The position numbers and the translations under genes were made by a program. This document shows positions 15,601 through 28,539 of a stretch of 64,000 nt of DNA, one piece after another. Numbering within the stretch: position 1 is the stretch's first letter; each line of letters starts with the position of its first letter. A model generated the notes under the pieces. The model was not told the DNA's origin. It did no database searches and was given only the letters and a program-made list of their open reading frames with translations. Source of the stretch: Zygnema circumcarinatum SAG 698-1b (lineage: Eukaryota; Plantae; Zygnematophyceae); contig CM074814.1 of the NCBI GenBank assembly GCA_037447605.1, forward strand, positions 2,728,001 to 2,792,000. Reading direction: 5' to 3'.

Positions 15601-18600
15601 AAGATTAGATCAGAAGAGAAGATTAGGCATATGTCTGACGGGACCACCAAAGCCACAACACTACAGGTTGTGATTACAATTGCCAAACCGCCACATGTAA
15701 AAACGTACGGAACATGGAACACTCGACAAAGCAGCCATCAAATGAGGAGGAACAAAAACGCTGAAAAGCATTGAAATGGACGTTGAGGGGATAATGAAAA
15801 TATTGTGGAAAACAACGACAACAACAGGCAACCCACATAAACACGGAAAGCACCTATCCCCTGCAACGAGTAATCTTGTTGATTAAATGAAAGTTGTCTT
15901 GCTTTGAAACCATGTTTTTTCTAAGCCACCAGAACTAATCAGTACCTCTCAGCACCTGAATGAGCCAATCAGCAAAGGATATGAGCCCAAGGGCCGAGAG
16001 GATTACGCTCTAAATTACGGCTGGATTCTACCCAAAAAAATTCTACTAACCTATAGCTTACAGTAAGCAAACAGTGGCGACAAATCAGATAAATTTCCCA
16101 GATGAGAATGCAAAAGGCAAGAAAGAGATGTTGAAAGCCATACAAGCAGCGGCGATGTGTTCACAGGCTAGCGATTGGAGCACTCTTACCAAGCCACCAA
16201 CAGAAAGCTCAAGCTGATCCAATGCGCCGAGTATGTACACCAATGGTTGGTTCGAATCAACAGGCTCCCGTGTACTGGTCGAAGAAGGCATCTCGTCTTT
16301 CTCCTCGTCATCGTCAATCACAGAAAGGGTTGCAGGCGCCTGCAATATCCAGCATTTCCAGCATATTCTCAGGCTAAAAAACGATGCAGACAACTCAATA
16401 ACTCAAGAATGCCGAAGCTTGTCATTAATGACATAAAAACCATTAGCATAATCAGAAAAACCCAACACAGCAGCACTTCAGAGCTTGTGGCCCACAATTA
16501 CAATTCACTATGGTTCAGATCTCGCATTGTAGTCAAGCTCAACTGAGCACTGATCTGAGTATTAACTTTTGAAAAAAATAGTAACCCAGAAAACCAAAGG
16601 TTTGTGTCGTTACTCCGAAAGCTTCCTGTCATCTCACATGTGTGCTCATGCATTGACATCGATAAGCGGAGGGAGATTTGTCACTCACAGAAGAGAGATA
16701 CATTGCTCCAACCATACGATCCATCCAGTCGGAAAGGTCTTCATTGCTTTTGAACCGAAGGACCAATGCTTGCTGAGAGCGAATAACCTGCCCTCCAACA
16801 TAGAAGACCACTAATAATCAGAGACAAACAGAATTCGTACAAATGAAACAGCCGCAGTTCAAAACTCAGGACAGTGGCAAGTTCAAGGGTAGCATTATCT
16901 CTCGCACAAAGAAATGAAGGATATACAGGCGATACAGGTATACTGTTGGACACAAACAGAGGTTCCCCCTGTAGAAAGAACAGGCTTTGGACGAAAAGAA
17001 TACCATGGAAGGATCCTTTCCTCGGCTGCATATTGCCACTACATGGCGTGTATTCCCGATGAGCTCCGGTGGAATTTCTAAAATTGTCTTTCCAACAAGC
17101 CTGCATGCATAGATTCTCAACAATTGGTTAGTGATAATGGCAAAGGCTTTACATAGAAATGTTTGTGATGTTCGTGGTTTTCCATGACTTCACCAGTACA
17201 TGTTTGTCTCTTCCTGTCTGAAATTATGATGCGATATCGGCATTTCTGTCGAGCGTGGACGAATTATTGCTCATCTTTTGCTTCAATGATATCAGTAACT
17301 CCAACCATATGAGCACTGACCGTGAACAATGCTCCATGTAAACCCTGCATTAGAAAGAATGGTGCAGGGAAAACTGTACTCTGAAAGCCATCTCGAAGTA
17401 CGGGAGTATCTTACCGAATGCCATGTACATAAGGACAACACACACATACGAGTCCCGACATTGACCAGGTTCCAGTTAATAAAGTGCAAGGACAATCTGA
17501 GATGTATCATCACATATGGATCATTGCATCCTACAAAGCTCACCTTTTCTCCTTCTTTGCTTCCTTCGCGTTCTCATTCTCAAGAATGTACAAGTAAGAT
17601 CCATTGAGAACCGCCCACCGTGGTTCCCAAGTGGCAGTTGTGCTACCCATGCCCTACACAACAGTAATGCAATAAGAACTCAACCTCACTCAATAAGTGC
17701 ACGTACATTCTATACCACAGAGGAAGCTTCCCATTTCAGGGTCGGTCATTGCCTTGATGCCAACTTCTAGTGCCTCAGCGATGGTTAGACCAGCAAGATG
17801 AATACAAGAGTATCCAGAACTCAAAGGAGTCCAACTCGTAGCTTCCTTAGGAAGCAATCTATTGAATGAAGGAGAACTTACTGCCCAATTCAAGTCCCAT
17901 AACGGGCCAGAGAAGTCTCCGGGCAACCACGATGGCTCCACAGTAATTTTGGACTCGTTTTCCTCAGTCTTGGCAGGCAAAACTGCTCTCAATACTTTCA
18001 TCATGCGACCGAACCTTGCGGGGGAAAAATGGAACCCAAGTCGAGGCAACCACACAGCAATCCTTGTGGTCGGATGGCCTGGAAGGGTGACCATCATCTG
18101 TAAACACAAGTATAGACCAGGAACGGGATTTAAAAAAAAGGATCACAGCTTCTGATGGGGGACTTAGTCGCAAAAAGGAAGTTTTTAATGTGTGTGTGGT
18201 TATAAGAACAAAGGTCTTGTGATATAGAGTGGCAACGGGTCTGAGACTAACGCTGCTAATATACCTGTTGAAGCAATGCAGACATCCCACAGCGGTCGAG
18301 AACAGGCAGAATGAGACTTGCTGGCTGTGAAGGGCCATTGAACTTTCCCTTTTCTGTACTGGGAGGGCAAATAGGCGCTTTGACAACTTGTAAAGGTGGG
18401 GGTTGTGACCAATCGTATTCGCCATCGGCTAGAAAGATTGAAATATCAGTTCCAGTGACTTTGAACTTTGTGTATAATGCACTGTCTTCTAGTCTTTCTT
18501 GCGGTTCATCCTGCAAAAATGCCATCTCGTCGAAGTCAGAAAAGGTGGCATAGCTAAGGAAACATGCCTCGCAAAATGTTCCACATCAACACACTGTTTA

Positions 18601-21600
18601 GCAAAATGCCCTCCGAGGCAGAGGCATCACTCAAACAAACAGCCATACTAGGCCAATGGTGTGCAAGGATGTTTCCGACTCTGACGGAAAAAATCGCAAA
18701 ATACGAGTGGAAATGAACTTGCAGGAAGAACATGAGTTGTGAGTCAGGTAGAGAATAGCAGGTGCATTTGTAACTCGCAGAATCATGCTGAAAAGACCGC
18801 GAGAAGGCAAAGACTGCAAAATCAAACCTGTAACATCACTTGGAAAAAAGAAGCAGTTCATCTGTCACAAGGAAATTGTCTAGAACTACCTGCACAGCAC
18901 AAGGACAGACTCTCCACCTTTCAATCACTGTTAGCCACAGTATTACCAATACTCATACCTGATCGGTCTTCAAGGTAAAATGACCAAGGTCTAATAACAA
19001 CTGGCTTGCAGGGGAGCCATTGGCATCAGCATCAACAGGAATAGAAATTTTCGGCGCGTCCAAGTCCAAGTCGATTGAAAATCTGTTCGAGCAAACATAA
19101 CGAAGATATTTGTGGTAACGAAGGTTTTGTCAGTCAGGAATCACTCTAGACAGGGTCAGAATAACATCGATTCAACAGGAAGAAGATGGCACATATCTTC
19201 TTTCTTCAATAGCTTACAGCAGGAGAATGGACTTGTTTTCAAAAATGACTTCAAAACGCTCAAATATCTGAAGCCAAACTGTAAAAAGGTGCTTCATCAT
19301 ACAAAATGAACGAGATTTACCGAGATCGCTGCTGCAAAGCTTGTTGAAGCTGTACTTTGGCTTGCCGTTGCACATCCTCCAACTTGCTCTGTTCCAATCA
19401 AACCATTTACATGCATGAACTGCAGGATACTGACCAAGCCATAGAACTGCAACTTGCGAAAACGGAGGCCCCTACGGAGAAGAAAAGAAGAGAAAATGTG
19501 AAGAGATAATGAACAAGCCATAGAACTGCGACTTGCAAATACAGAGTCCTCTATCCTCAGAAAGAAAAGGAAACAAAGGAGAAATATCCTTTAAAACTGC
19601 AGGGAGTCAATCAAGGCAGCCACAAGTAACATCTAATAACATCATACAGTAGGAAATGCTAATTTGTTACCTGCAATACTGCAGCCGTCTCTAAGGCCAC
19701 TCCCGGGCTGACAGCTTGACCACTCTTAAGAAACTTTACAAATCGATCAACACTCGCCCGCCAAACCTGCACATCAAATAGTCATCGTGCATAAGGAGAT
19801 CACTCCGGAATACTCACCTACAGAAATATACTCAAATTCGCAATGCAGTCTTCACGTTGCGAGCAGTCACTGGAGGTAATGTGAAGAAGCAGATGATACA
19901 TGCTGAGCACGGCTTTTCTTTTCGTCACGCATGTAAGATAAAATAGAGGCCCTGCCCCTTACCTAGTGGCTTCTAGGTTTTAGGGTTGTGAGGATCTGGC
20001 GTTTTAGGATTTGGCATTTTATGTGCTAAAGCCCTGTATATGCATAGTGAAGCAGTGCAAGCAGAGTTGGAATAAATTGAAAGGAAAAAACAGTTCCATA
20101 GTAGAGGTTTTGGCAAGAAAGCTTTCATTTCTAAATGCCCTTTGACACTTTCGATAGTTGAACATAGCATGATTAAGTCAGTTAGGCTGTTTCTCTCACT
20201 GTAAAGAAGCCATCTCGTAAATGAACTCACCGTTACATGGCTGGACGATATCGTGGCTTGCAATATCCAATCCAGATTCTGCTCCAAAGGCGACTGAACA
20301 TAGGAAGCAGTAAGCGCACCCTCCCTTCCCTGGCGGCTGACACTCTGTAGGATAAAAAATCAATGAAAATCAGAAACATATTTGAGGTATATGAAGAAAT
20401 CTGTGAGCTAAATATCTACCGTGTATTTTCCTTCGAAAACCTACCGGAAGTTGTTACGTGTGGTATGAGAGATCTATTTCCTAGCACCAAAAAACACACT
20501 ATAATTCGTGAGTTCATTGTTTTGATTGAAACTGACCAGCTTGCAAGAACCACGAGCAATACCTTGATCAAACAACCCTCGGGTGCGGAGAGTCCATAGT
20601 AAGCAAGGCTGACATCCGCCTTCATCATTTTCGGATAAATCTTCACACCAAGTTGAAAATTGTCAAAGGAGCCGCAAAGGACATCATTCCCCTCCGCGTC
20701 CAATGCCTTAGCAGTGTTGCGTTTCATCATGACATCCACGGCAATTTGCAACATATTTGGAGCTTCCTGTCCAGGGAGCAATGGTGATTCCATCCCCGGC
20801 TCATAGCTGACAAGCTCATCAAGTTTATCCCACTCCTCTTGACTCAGACCATGTCGACCATCTCCTTCTCCCTTATTCGCACCGGGTATAGGTCGGCCGC
20901 TAAACCACCACAAAGGAAGCAATCAAAGTAAAACTCAATTATAAGATCACTTCTTTACTCATCCTCAACCTAACCTTGACTCTCCTACAGTAGCTTCATA
21001 GTTGTATTTCTGCAACCTTCCCAGCCCTTGTATCTCATCTGAAGACCAAGACACAATCTAATCGATCGACAGTCCATCAATAAAGTAAGTGTAAATGACA
21101 ACCTGTATGAACCTGCCTCAATTCTCATTTACAGGTGGTCGACAGGAGAGACCAACTGGAGAGGGAGGGAAACGGAGATGAAAAGTGAAGGTTCCTGTAT
21201 GGGGCTTTTCTGGAACGATCGAGAGAGATGGAGGGGAGTGAATGAGGTGGAAACTGAAGTCCATTAGAGAAAGGACAAGCACGAAAATCGAGAGCAAAGA
21301 TAGAAACACGTTGAGGATACTAATACAGATCCCGTCATACGCTACCGGCACAAAACTTGCAGTATTTCCGTGCTTATCTCATAACAAAAGGCACAAGGAT
21401 GGTTCTCGGACAGATCCCTTACCTTAACCAACCAATCCAACCTCTCTGTGGCGGATTCTGCTTTGATCCATCCTGTTTCGGCCGAGTCCTTTCCGCAGTA
21501 GCATGGGCCAACATCCTACGTACAGCCACAAATACAGAAGTTAAGCTGAAAGCATGAGATATAGAAGCATTTTGTAATGCAAGGCTTTACAGAGCTGGCA

Positions 21601-24600
21601 TTGGGAATAAGAGATCAAAATTTGCAATTGCCAGTATACCAAACATATCCGGCAAACATATGTGGTAAACGTAACAGTACAATCAGACGGCCACGCAAAA
21701 CTAGGAAAACTGTTCAGACATAGAAACAGACCAACGTTTTAGATGGTCTATAAGTTTCAATCTTCACTATCACTCTCTGCTTGCGTGAGAGGGGGCGCAA
21801 GTTCAGCACATCTTACCGCCATAATAGAATGACATCATTGCTGAGTTGAGCATCCATTTTCCGTATCTCCGGTGTGTCCGCAACTGTCAAACCCGGCTCA
21901 AGGGCCTTAGCATATAGCTCTACATACTTTCGCCGCATTTGACAAAGTTGATATACGTCACTCCAATTGATCTTTCGCCTGTAAGAACCCTGACAAAAAG
22001 CTTAGTACTTGAGTGAAGAAAACGTATTAGATTTGCCCAACATTAAGATTCTTACAATGAGTTACCAAGGTATTTTCGCTCTCAGATGGTATCTAAGGGA
22101 AGCCTGCTGCTTTTCAAATAACACTGGCACTTCAAGCATGAACCCAAACCTGAAATATACACAAGATTGGCATAACTCAGCCATGGCCATTCAAGCCATT
22201 GACAAACCTGAATTTGTTTTTCTGATAAAGGTATGCTTCTTGGGCAAATTTCCACCATTTACGCGCATTTTTTAGAACAGGCACTCTAGGCCTAAACCGA
22301 GCAACCTCAGCTTTTTTCCGAAAAGTAGCAACAGCCTCCAAAAGTTTCATTGCATCCCCGTATTGGCTCTGCAGCGACAACCCCGAGAGACATGAAGCAC
22401 ATCAGACTTAGCCTATATTAAGCTTAACAAAATAAAAAAATAAAACGATACTTGCAAAAGCTGGCTAACAAATTCGCTCACTAATAAGCATTCGTTCACA
22501 GACTTTTCTTTTTTTAAGAAGTGAGAAATAATCTCTTCATATTGGTCGGCAGTCTTCACACAATATTCAAGTCAATGGCAGAATGAATTCAGTTCTGAAA
22601 TAACCAAGCCCTTTCGAACTTACGATGTCAAATGAGCCTCAGAAAACACAAAAACTGAGACTTTCCTTTCATGTCACCAATGAGGACATGGCGACATTCT
22701 ACACCTTTCATGCTTCCACCTTGAGTGAACGCAAAGCCCCTCCATGAGCTTCTAAGTCCCATCTAATAAACTGTTGCAAGCGCAATGCCATCCTGATGCT
22801 TCAATGCCAATTTGAGAATGGCACTCACAGTCCCTAGTCTGTTCAACTCTAAGTGGAAAGTAGATACCCGAACCCAAGTTATAACGTGAAAGGGGAAAAT
22901 GAGCACACCCACACCACATAAAGTAAAAACCAAAACTGAACACAGAATGTCTGACATGTCAAAAGGGTCCACGAGGCATGTGTACCTCAGACATTGTTAA
23001 GGCTACTTCGTCGAGGACCAAACCGGCCTTCTGAAAAGGCACATCGGGAGCTCGCTTGTCGGCTTTTCCCAGCCTTTGGTAGCGCATTGTGCCCCCAACG
23101 GGATGCAGAAGGTATTGGCGCCCCGCAGCTCTCCCTTGTCCTCTGGGCTTCGCCGCTTCACCATCATTCGCAATTCCAGGCTCAAATATCTGCAAACTCG
23201 AACAAGAGAAACAGAATTGAGAAACGACCCAATTTGAGCAAAGACCCCACACTCTGAACATGCAATCAAAATTCTTTCTCAAACGACCAGTGGATATAAT
23301 GCCAGCCTGGTATGTTCAATTCTTTCTCCTGAAAAGCATCCTTCACCTTGGAAAACTATATCCTCTCAAATACTTGAGAAATTGTAAGGCAGCGACTTAC
23401 CTGGCTCCATTCTGAAGATGTCAGACGATCCCATTTTTTGCCAATTTCCCACAACTCTGCGTCTGAATCGTGGTAGAGAGCAAGTCGATCAAGATGGACT
23501 GCCTGTATGGCCCCAAAACAAAGTCATTGCTCTTGTAATGGTGGTATAAGAATGGACTTGCGCAACAAAAATAACAAGGTCGAATACAAGAGTTAACGTC
23601 AATCTCGAACTCTGTCAGAGCTGAAAAGACAAGAATAGGGGATCAGAAGCAATAGTAATAATAAGTAATAGTAATATACTCAGTCAATAGCTTAAAAGGT
23701 ACCGGCCCACAAGGAGCGGAACAACAGGTTCGTGCTCATGGTGATATACTACCGAAAAAATAATAATGTGTGATAGATTTCAATAGGTTGACCGAAAAGT
23801 GTGCCTTCAACATTCATGAGATAACAAGCAGATTCCAGTCGTCAGAAAGGGTGAAGCCAGATCAGGCAGATTTTTTCGGAAGATTGCGACTTCAGCAGAA
23901 GAAAAGCTGTTACTTACTTTACGCAGTTTATCCAAAGCGCCGGCAGTAACGAAAGTCTCAACACCCTTCTCATCGATAGTCACTGCTGCTAGTTTAGCCA
24001 GAGTCAAACCAGTGCAGAATGGACGTTCGGGATTACTGCAAAGCCCTATACACTTTAATATGTTAGTATTGCGGAGACAAAACGATTAGAAAGGTATCTG
24101 CACCCTAATTGTTCCCCAGAAAGCATTCTCAATTGAAGAATATGTTGTTGTGTTGTCCATTCCTTAAATCCAGGAGTAAGGTTGTGTTTTCTAGGTTGAT
24201 CAAGGCACATAAGAAAGCTAAGTGAAGGGAAACTGAACTTCTTGTCTACATGAGTCCTTGGTGAAGGTCATCCTCGTCAGCAGTTCATTCAGGAGGAAGG
24301 GCAGCAGGAGTCGCGCAGATGATGCACGATTGCTGAGGTGAAAGCCACAACTCTTTAATTCAAAGAGTTAAAGAAGTTTCGTCAGATAACGCACCTCAGC
24401 GTGTCTTCATATCTTATATGGACGTTTGTGAAGGATATCTTCAAATTGCCAATGATGGTAGAAATAAGGTTGCCTAGCCACGTGTTACTTTCTGCTGCCT
24501 GCACCCGTAATTCAAAACAAATAATCTCTTGGTCTATTTATCAACACAGTCATCTACAAAACTGTAAAGAAGCCTCCGACTAGCAAAACGTGAGAAAGAA

Positions 24601-27025
24601 TCAAATGTGAGGTCCGATTCAGCTAAAGAAACCTTAAAACATAAATCAGTCCTTTTCACCTGTGATCAAACTGATAATCAAAGTTGAAAGTACAACCCCA
24701 AAGGGAGCTGTTTTACATTCCTTAAGAAGCCAATAATAAAGTGCGTTTGGGAGGCATTGGTACCTCTGCCCGTTTCTTCTCCTTTGCCTCCAAGAGCGCG
24801 ATCTCTGCTTGCTGCGGGAAGAATAGAATGCAAACACGAATTTTGGACTCAAATTCTGTTGAAGGTTCATTTCCACCACTGGCCACTGGTCAACAACAAC
24901 CCTCTATCCACTCACTATATGGCGCGGAGATCGGCTAATTTCACAAACTTGGACTGAATCATTCAAGGTGGAACGAATTTATACGGCAAATTTATGGAGA
25001 AACAATAAATTTCATATTCCCGCCTATGAAGGTGTTAAAAAATTGTTGGAAGCATACCTCGATACTCCGTCGCTTAGCTTCCTGCCTTGCAGATTCATCG
25101 TCCTCCCCCTGCCATCTCTTTCCATTTCTTTCAGTACAGTGCCTAGATAACCCCGTCGGTTTAATTTTTCCTTGGACTAATTTTCATGATGTTGACACCT
25201 AAGAGTTACAGGAAAGGTGAAACTCGGTACAGTATTAATGATCTCTTTTACAATGTGAATAAAGAAGTCTTGAAATGCCCTTCAGTATGCCCAAAACCCT
25301 TTAGTCATGTCCGTTCCCAGTCGACATCTCAGCATTACCGCACACAACTTGAATTCGATAGGAGCAACATTAACAGACATCAAACAACCGTCGACAATAA
25401 CACATATTGACCTGATAAAGATTGTCAAAGCTCGCAGGCTCTGCGAGCAAAAAAATTCGATCAAGAAGGACAATCACGGGCTCCTGTCCAAGTTTGTTCC
25501 AAAGAATCTGCATCACATAAAGTGGGAGCGATGGAGTTCAGGCATCAATGTACATACTCACTCCACTACTAATGACCTCCATAACTTTCTTAATCGCTTG
25601 CAAGCGCCAAGACAGCTAATATTACATGCAGCTTTCTTACCTCCGTAACTTTCTTCGTCGCTTACCAGCGCCAGAATATCTGATATGGCATGTAGTTTTA
25701 CTTTCTTCCTCTCTTACCTACATAACTTGCTTAATCGCTTGTAAGCGCCAAGACAGCTGATATTGCATGCAGCTTCACGTTCTTCACTCCTGTTCTCGTT
25801 TGCACTTTTTTTCAGAAACAAAAATTCTGGAAGCCCACCTTCAAGCGCACGGAACCAAGGAAGCCGGCCTTGACCGTGATAGGCAGCTTCAAGGCGTTAA
25901 GCGCTTCTGACTTCAACTCGAGATCCTTGAGAACGACATCTCCTGCAAGAAAAGAAGAACCAACCAAAATTTGCTTGTACGACAATCAGGGCAAACAAAC
26001 AAACGATAGAAACACCTTGAGTTTTTTTGTTGTTACTCTTAAACATACGATAGAGAGATCTCATAGACTCGTACTACTTATGTTAGCCTTCGAGTTAAGC
26101 TCAAACAAAAGGTCAACATTATCAGTTGGCCAAAAAAGTATATAAATATTGCAGTAAAGAAAAAATTCAAATCTCTTTCAACCCCAAATAAAAGTATTAA
26201 TTTGAGATTCATGTGCTCAGACAACAACCTTTGGTTTCCATGGTGTATAAATACTTCTCCGTTGACAGCTGTTGCTTCAATCAACCTCTCTTTTTATTAC
26301 TTTGAGATTCATGAGCGCAGTCAACAACCTTTGCTGCCTATGGTATGAAAATCCTTCTCTGTTGAAAGCTGTCGTTTCAAACACCTATTACTTACACAGT
26401 TGCCTCCGACAAGCCTTACTGAAAAATTTGCGATTTTTTAATTTCCTTAAAAAGAGTGAGTAATAGATTTCGGCAGGCTTTCACTTAAGCGTGGACAGGG
26501 ATTTACTGCCTGGCGGCAGGCTGACCAGATAAAGCAATAACTTACACAGGACTCCCGACTGACTAACAGTGGTTAACCATGCATTCACGGGTGCTAAAAC
26601 TCTGCCAAGTACCTTGCCAAACGCTTATCTTCAAAGCCTCCTCAGGTATATTACGCACATACTCTCCAAGATAAGTGCGCAATAAATTCAAGACCTGCCA
26701 AATAGTCTCTTATGATTTGCATCAGCGATGGTGGAAAATGTTAATATTTACAAAGCCTGTCATTTTCTCTGAGGCGCAAATTAAACTTGCAATGTCTCCC
26801 TCTTCCTCTCTCTCTCCCCCTCTCTCTCTCTCCTCTCCCTCCCTTTCCCTCTCCCTTCCTCTCTAGGAGTCACTCAAGTACCCGTACGTTCGTCTCAAAC
26901 GTTATTTGAGTGCAATATCTCTGCTGTCCCAAAAATAAAAATGAACAAATAGATAATGGAAAGGGTAAAACATCCAGCCTCTAAATCACTCCACAAAAAA
27001 CAGTGCCTACCCGCGCTTCGAACAT
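1..27025 (-). CDS. VPS13: Plant VPS13M-type (At1g48090/At4g17140-like) bulk lipid-transfer protein; multi-exon, 3' end lies beyond position 1
   Basis: Hand-spliced N-terminus with GT-AG introns: exon 1 27011-27025 (MFEAR), exon 2 26613-26694 (VLNLLRTYLGEYVRNIPEEALKISVWQG), then GDVVLKDLELKSEALNALKLPITVKAGFLGSVRLK (~25845-25943) and WLGNLISTIIGNLKISFTNVHIRYED (~24400-24490). This is the chorein-N motif. Downstream exons carry PH-like, Vps62-like, C2-like and DysF-like segments. The leftmost exons read RLFVPYWVLNDTAVPL (VAB/SHR-BD region). Confidence 0.95.
2190..2760 (-). other. DysF/Pex24p-like domain exons of VPS13
   Basis: ETYENQRFSPLLGWGSAWPGHLLPSDPARYS and APTGWEYVDNWQVDRSLGDSEGWFYGTDF...FVRRRRLVR match the dysferlin/Pex24 pattern. 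Confidence 0.6.
4130..4790 (-). other. C2-like domain exons of VPS13
   Basis: FIALRIKEAK...PQTARTRGVRA...AVWNEVFVFEVP resembles a C2 beta-sandwich; plant VPS13M proteins carry one. Confidence 0.55.
6244..8284 (-). other. Vps62/DUF946-like repeats of VPS13
   Basis: Repeated motifs: VTFWRPLAKTGYSIVGDC, IWLPIAAQGYVALGCLV, VTIWRPQAPTGYTILGD, VWFPVAPPGYVALGCVV. Confidence 0.75.
12645..12676. repeat. (GA)n microsatellite in a VPS13 intron
   Basis: Uninterrupted AG dinucleotide run directly visible. Confidence 0.95.
16600..17110 (-). other. PH-like domain exons of VPS13
   Basis: RHVVAICSRG and ALVLRFKSNEDLSDWMDRMVGAMY fit the C-terminal strand and W-containing helix of a PH fold. Confidence 0.55.
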
Positions 27026-27607
27026 CCTGGATCGACTATGGATCACTCATTCGCAACCTGCAGCATGCAGCACGAGAACGCAACTAAGCGTCTTAGATTA
27101 CAAATTTTCAAACTGTGCTGAATCAATGCAAGCAACCAGTACGTGTATTTTCCCAGCATCTCCCCTCCACTGGCGCATGAAGAAAGTATTGCCCCCGGTC
27201 CTGCTTTCAAAAAAATAAGTGCTTTTTCAGAGTAATCAATCAGCTATGCGAAATACCTTCCAAAAAATCTCCCCTTGCTACTTCCCTTCCTGATTCTGCT
27301 GTTCTTTCAGACCCTTTCACTTCTTAATCCATCCAGCTGTCAGCCCCTTTCCCTTCCAATTTTCGGCAAAAAAAGCTCACTTGAAGGTCCTGATTCTTCT
27401 GCCGTTTTTTCAGACCCTCTTCTCTTCTTAATCCTTCCAATTTTCTGTCTATCCTTCTCCCTCTCCCTCTCCCTCAAATTTCTGCAACCTTTAAGCTCTG
27501 TTGCTCACTCTCTCACTCTCTCTCTCTCTCGCTCTATCTCTCTCTCTCTCGGAAGGAGCCAGTCTTGAAACCGTTTGCCCTCCAAAAAAGGCTTGGCAGC
27601 TTCTATT

Positions 27608-27666
27608 GTCCGTACAATTGTACGAAAAATAAGTTATTTCGTACAGTACATCATTCGACCGTACAA
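27608..27666. promoter_or_regulatory. GTAC (SBP-box core) cluster upstream of the VPS13 5' region
   Basis: Five GTAC cores in ~55 bp (CCGTACAA twice, TGTACG, CGTACAGTAC), next to the GA-rich (minus-sense) putative 5'UTR of VPS13. Confidence 0.55.
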
Positions 27667-28539
27667 TTTGGGAAATCCGGGTTTGTTTTGTTCAGAAAAC
27701 CAGCCGAGGGAGCAGAGTCAAAATGTAGAAAAAGTAATTGCAAACTTTTTACATTTTGGTTCGTCCTATTCTCTTTCAAAATACAAAATGCAGCCTGACC
27801 AGTACCACAATTTTTTTTCCTTTTTTTTTTTTTTTGTTTTGCCATCCTTTGCAGCCTGATCTGTATTTTAATCTTGTTAAATCATACAGTTCTTTTTCTA
27901 ATTCTAGTTTTTAATATTGGATTTTTGGATTTTGGGATTTTTAGGGATTTTAAGACCGCCCAAAAAGGTGTCGGCCGTACATCTCGGCATGTGGTGATCG
28001 GCCGAGATCCCACGTAGCCTGCGAAGAAAGAATAAATCCATCATTACGCGGAAAGTGTATTCCAAAAGCAGCATGAGAGTACTTGATCGTAAAACGGGAG
28101 GGCTGGCCATGAAGTCCTTATTGGGGGCCACGTAGGACTGGCAGAAGCACGGGCCGCCACGTGCCGCTTCTCGAGCACGGCACGTGTTCTCGTGCATGTG
28201 CTCCTGTTTGTCGCTCACAGTTCCTGTTGTAGTCACAGTTTCAGCGACAGTTGTGACTGTAGCAACTTAGCACATGTGCAACCGTTGGAAATGTCGTACA
28301 CCTGTTTACTATTCAGTTACAGTTGTAGTTACAGTTACAGTGACAGCTGTCATTGTTTTAGCAGCGTAGCGCATGTGCAACCGTTGGAAATGGTTAGAGG
28401 CATTGTTTCGGGAGGTAGTTAACCATTGTGAGCTGAGACATTAGGTTCGAGTCTTCAATTGGGCTAAGGTATTGGTCGATGTGTATTTTGCCCCATGGGT
28501 TGCAACAATGGAGGCAAAGGTGGGCAGTCATTGCTAAAG

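Noticed and set aside
18514-18950. Possible GC-AG donor and extra exon in VPS13
   Set aside because: A canonical TTTTGCAG acceptor before DEPQERLED explains the frame, so the whole stretch reads best as one ordinary intron.
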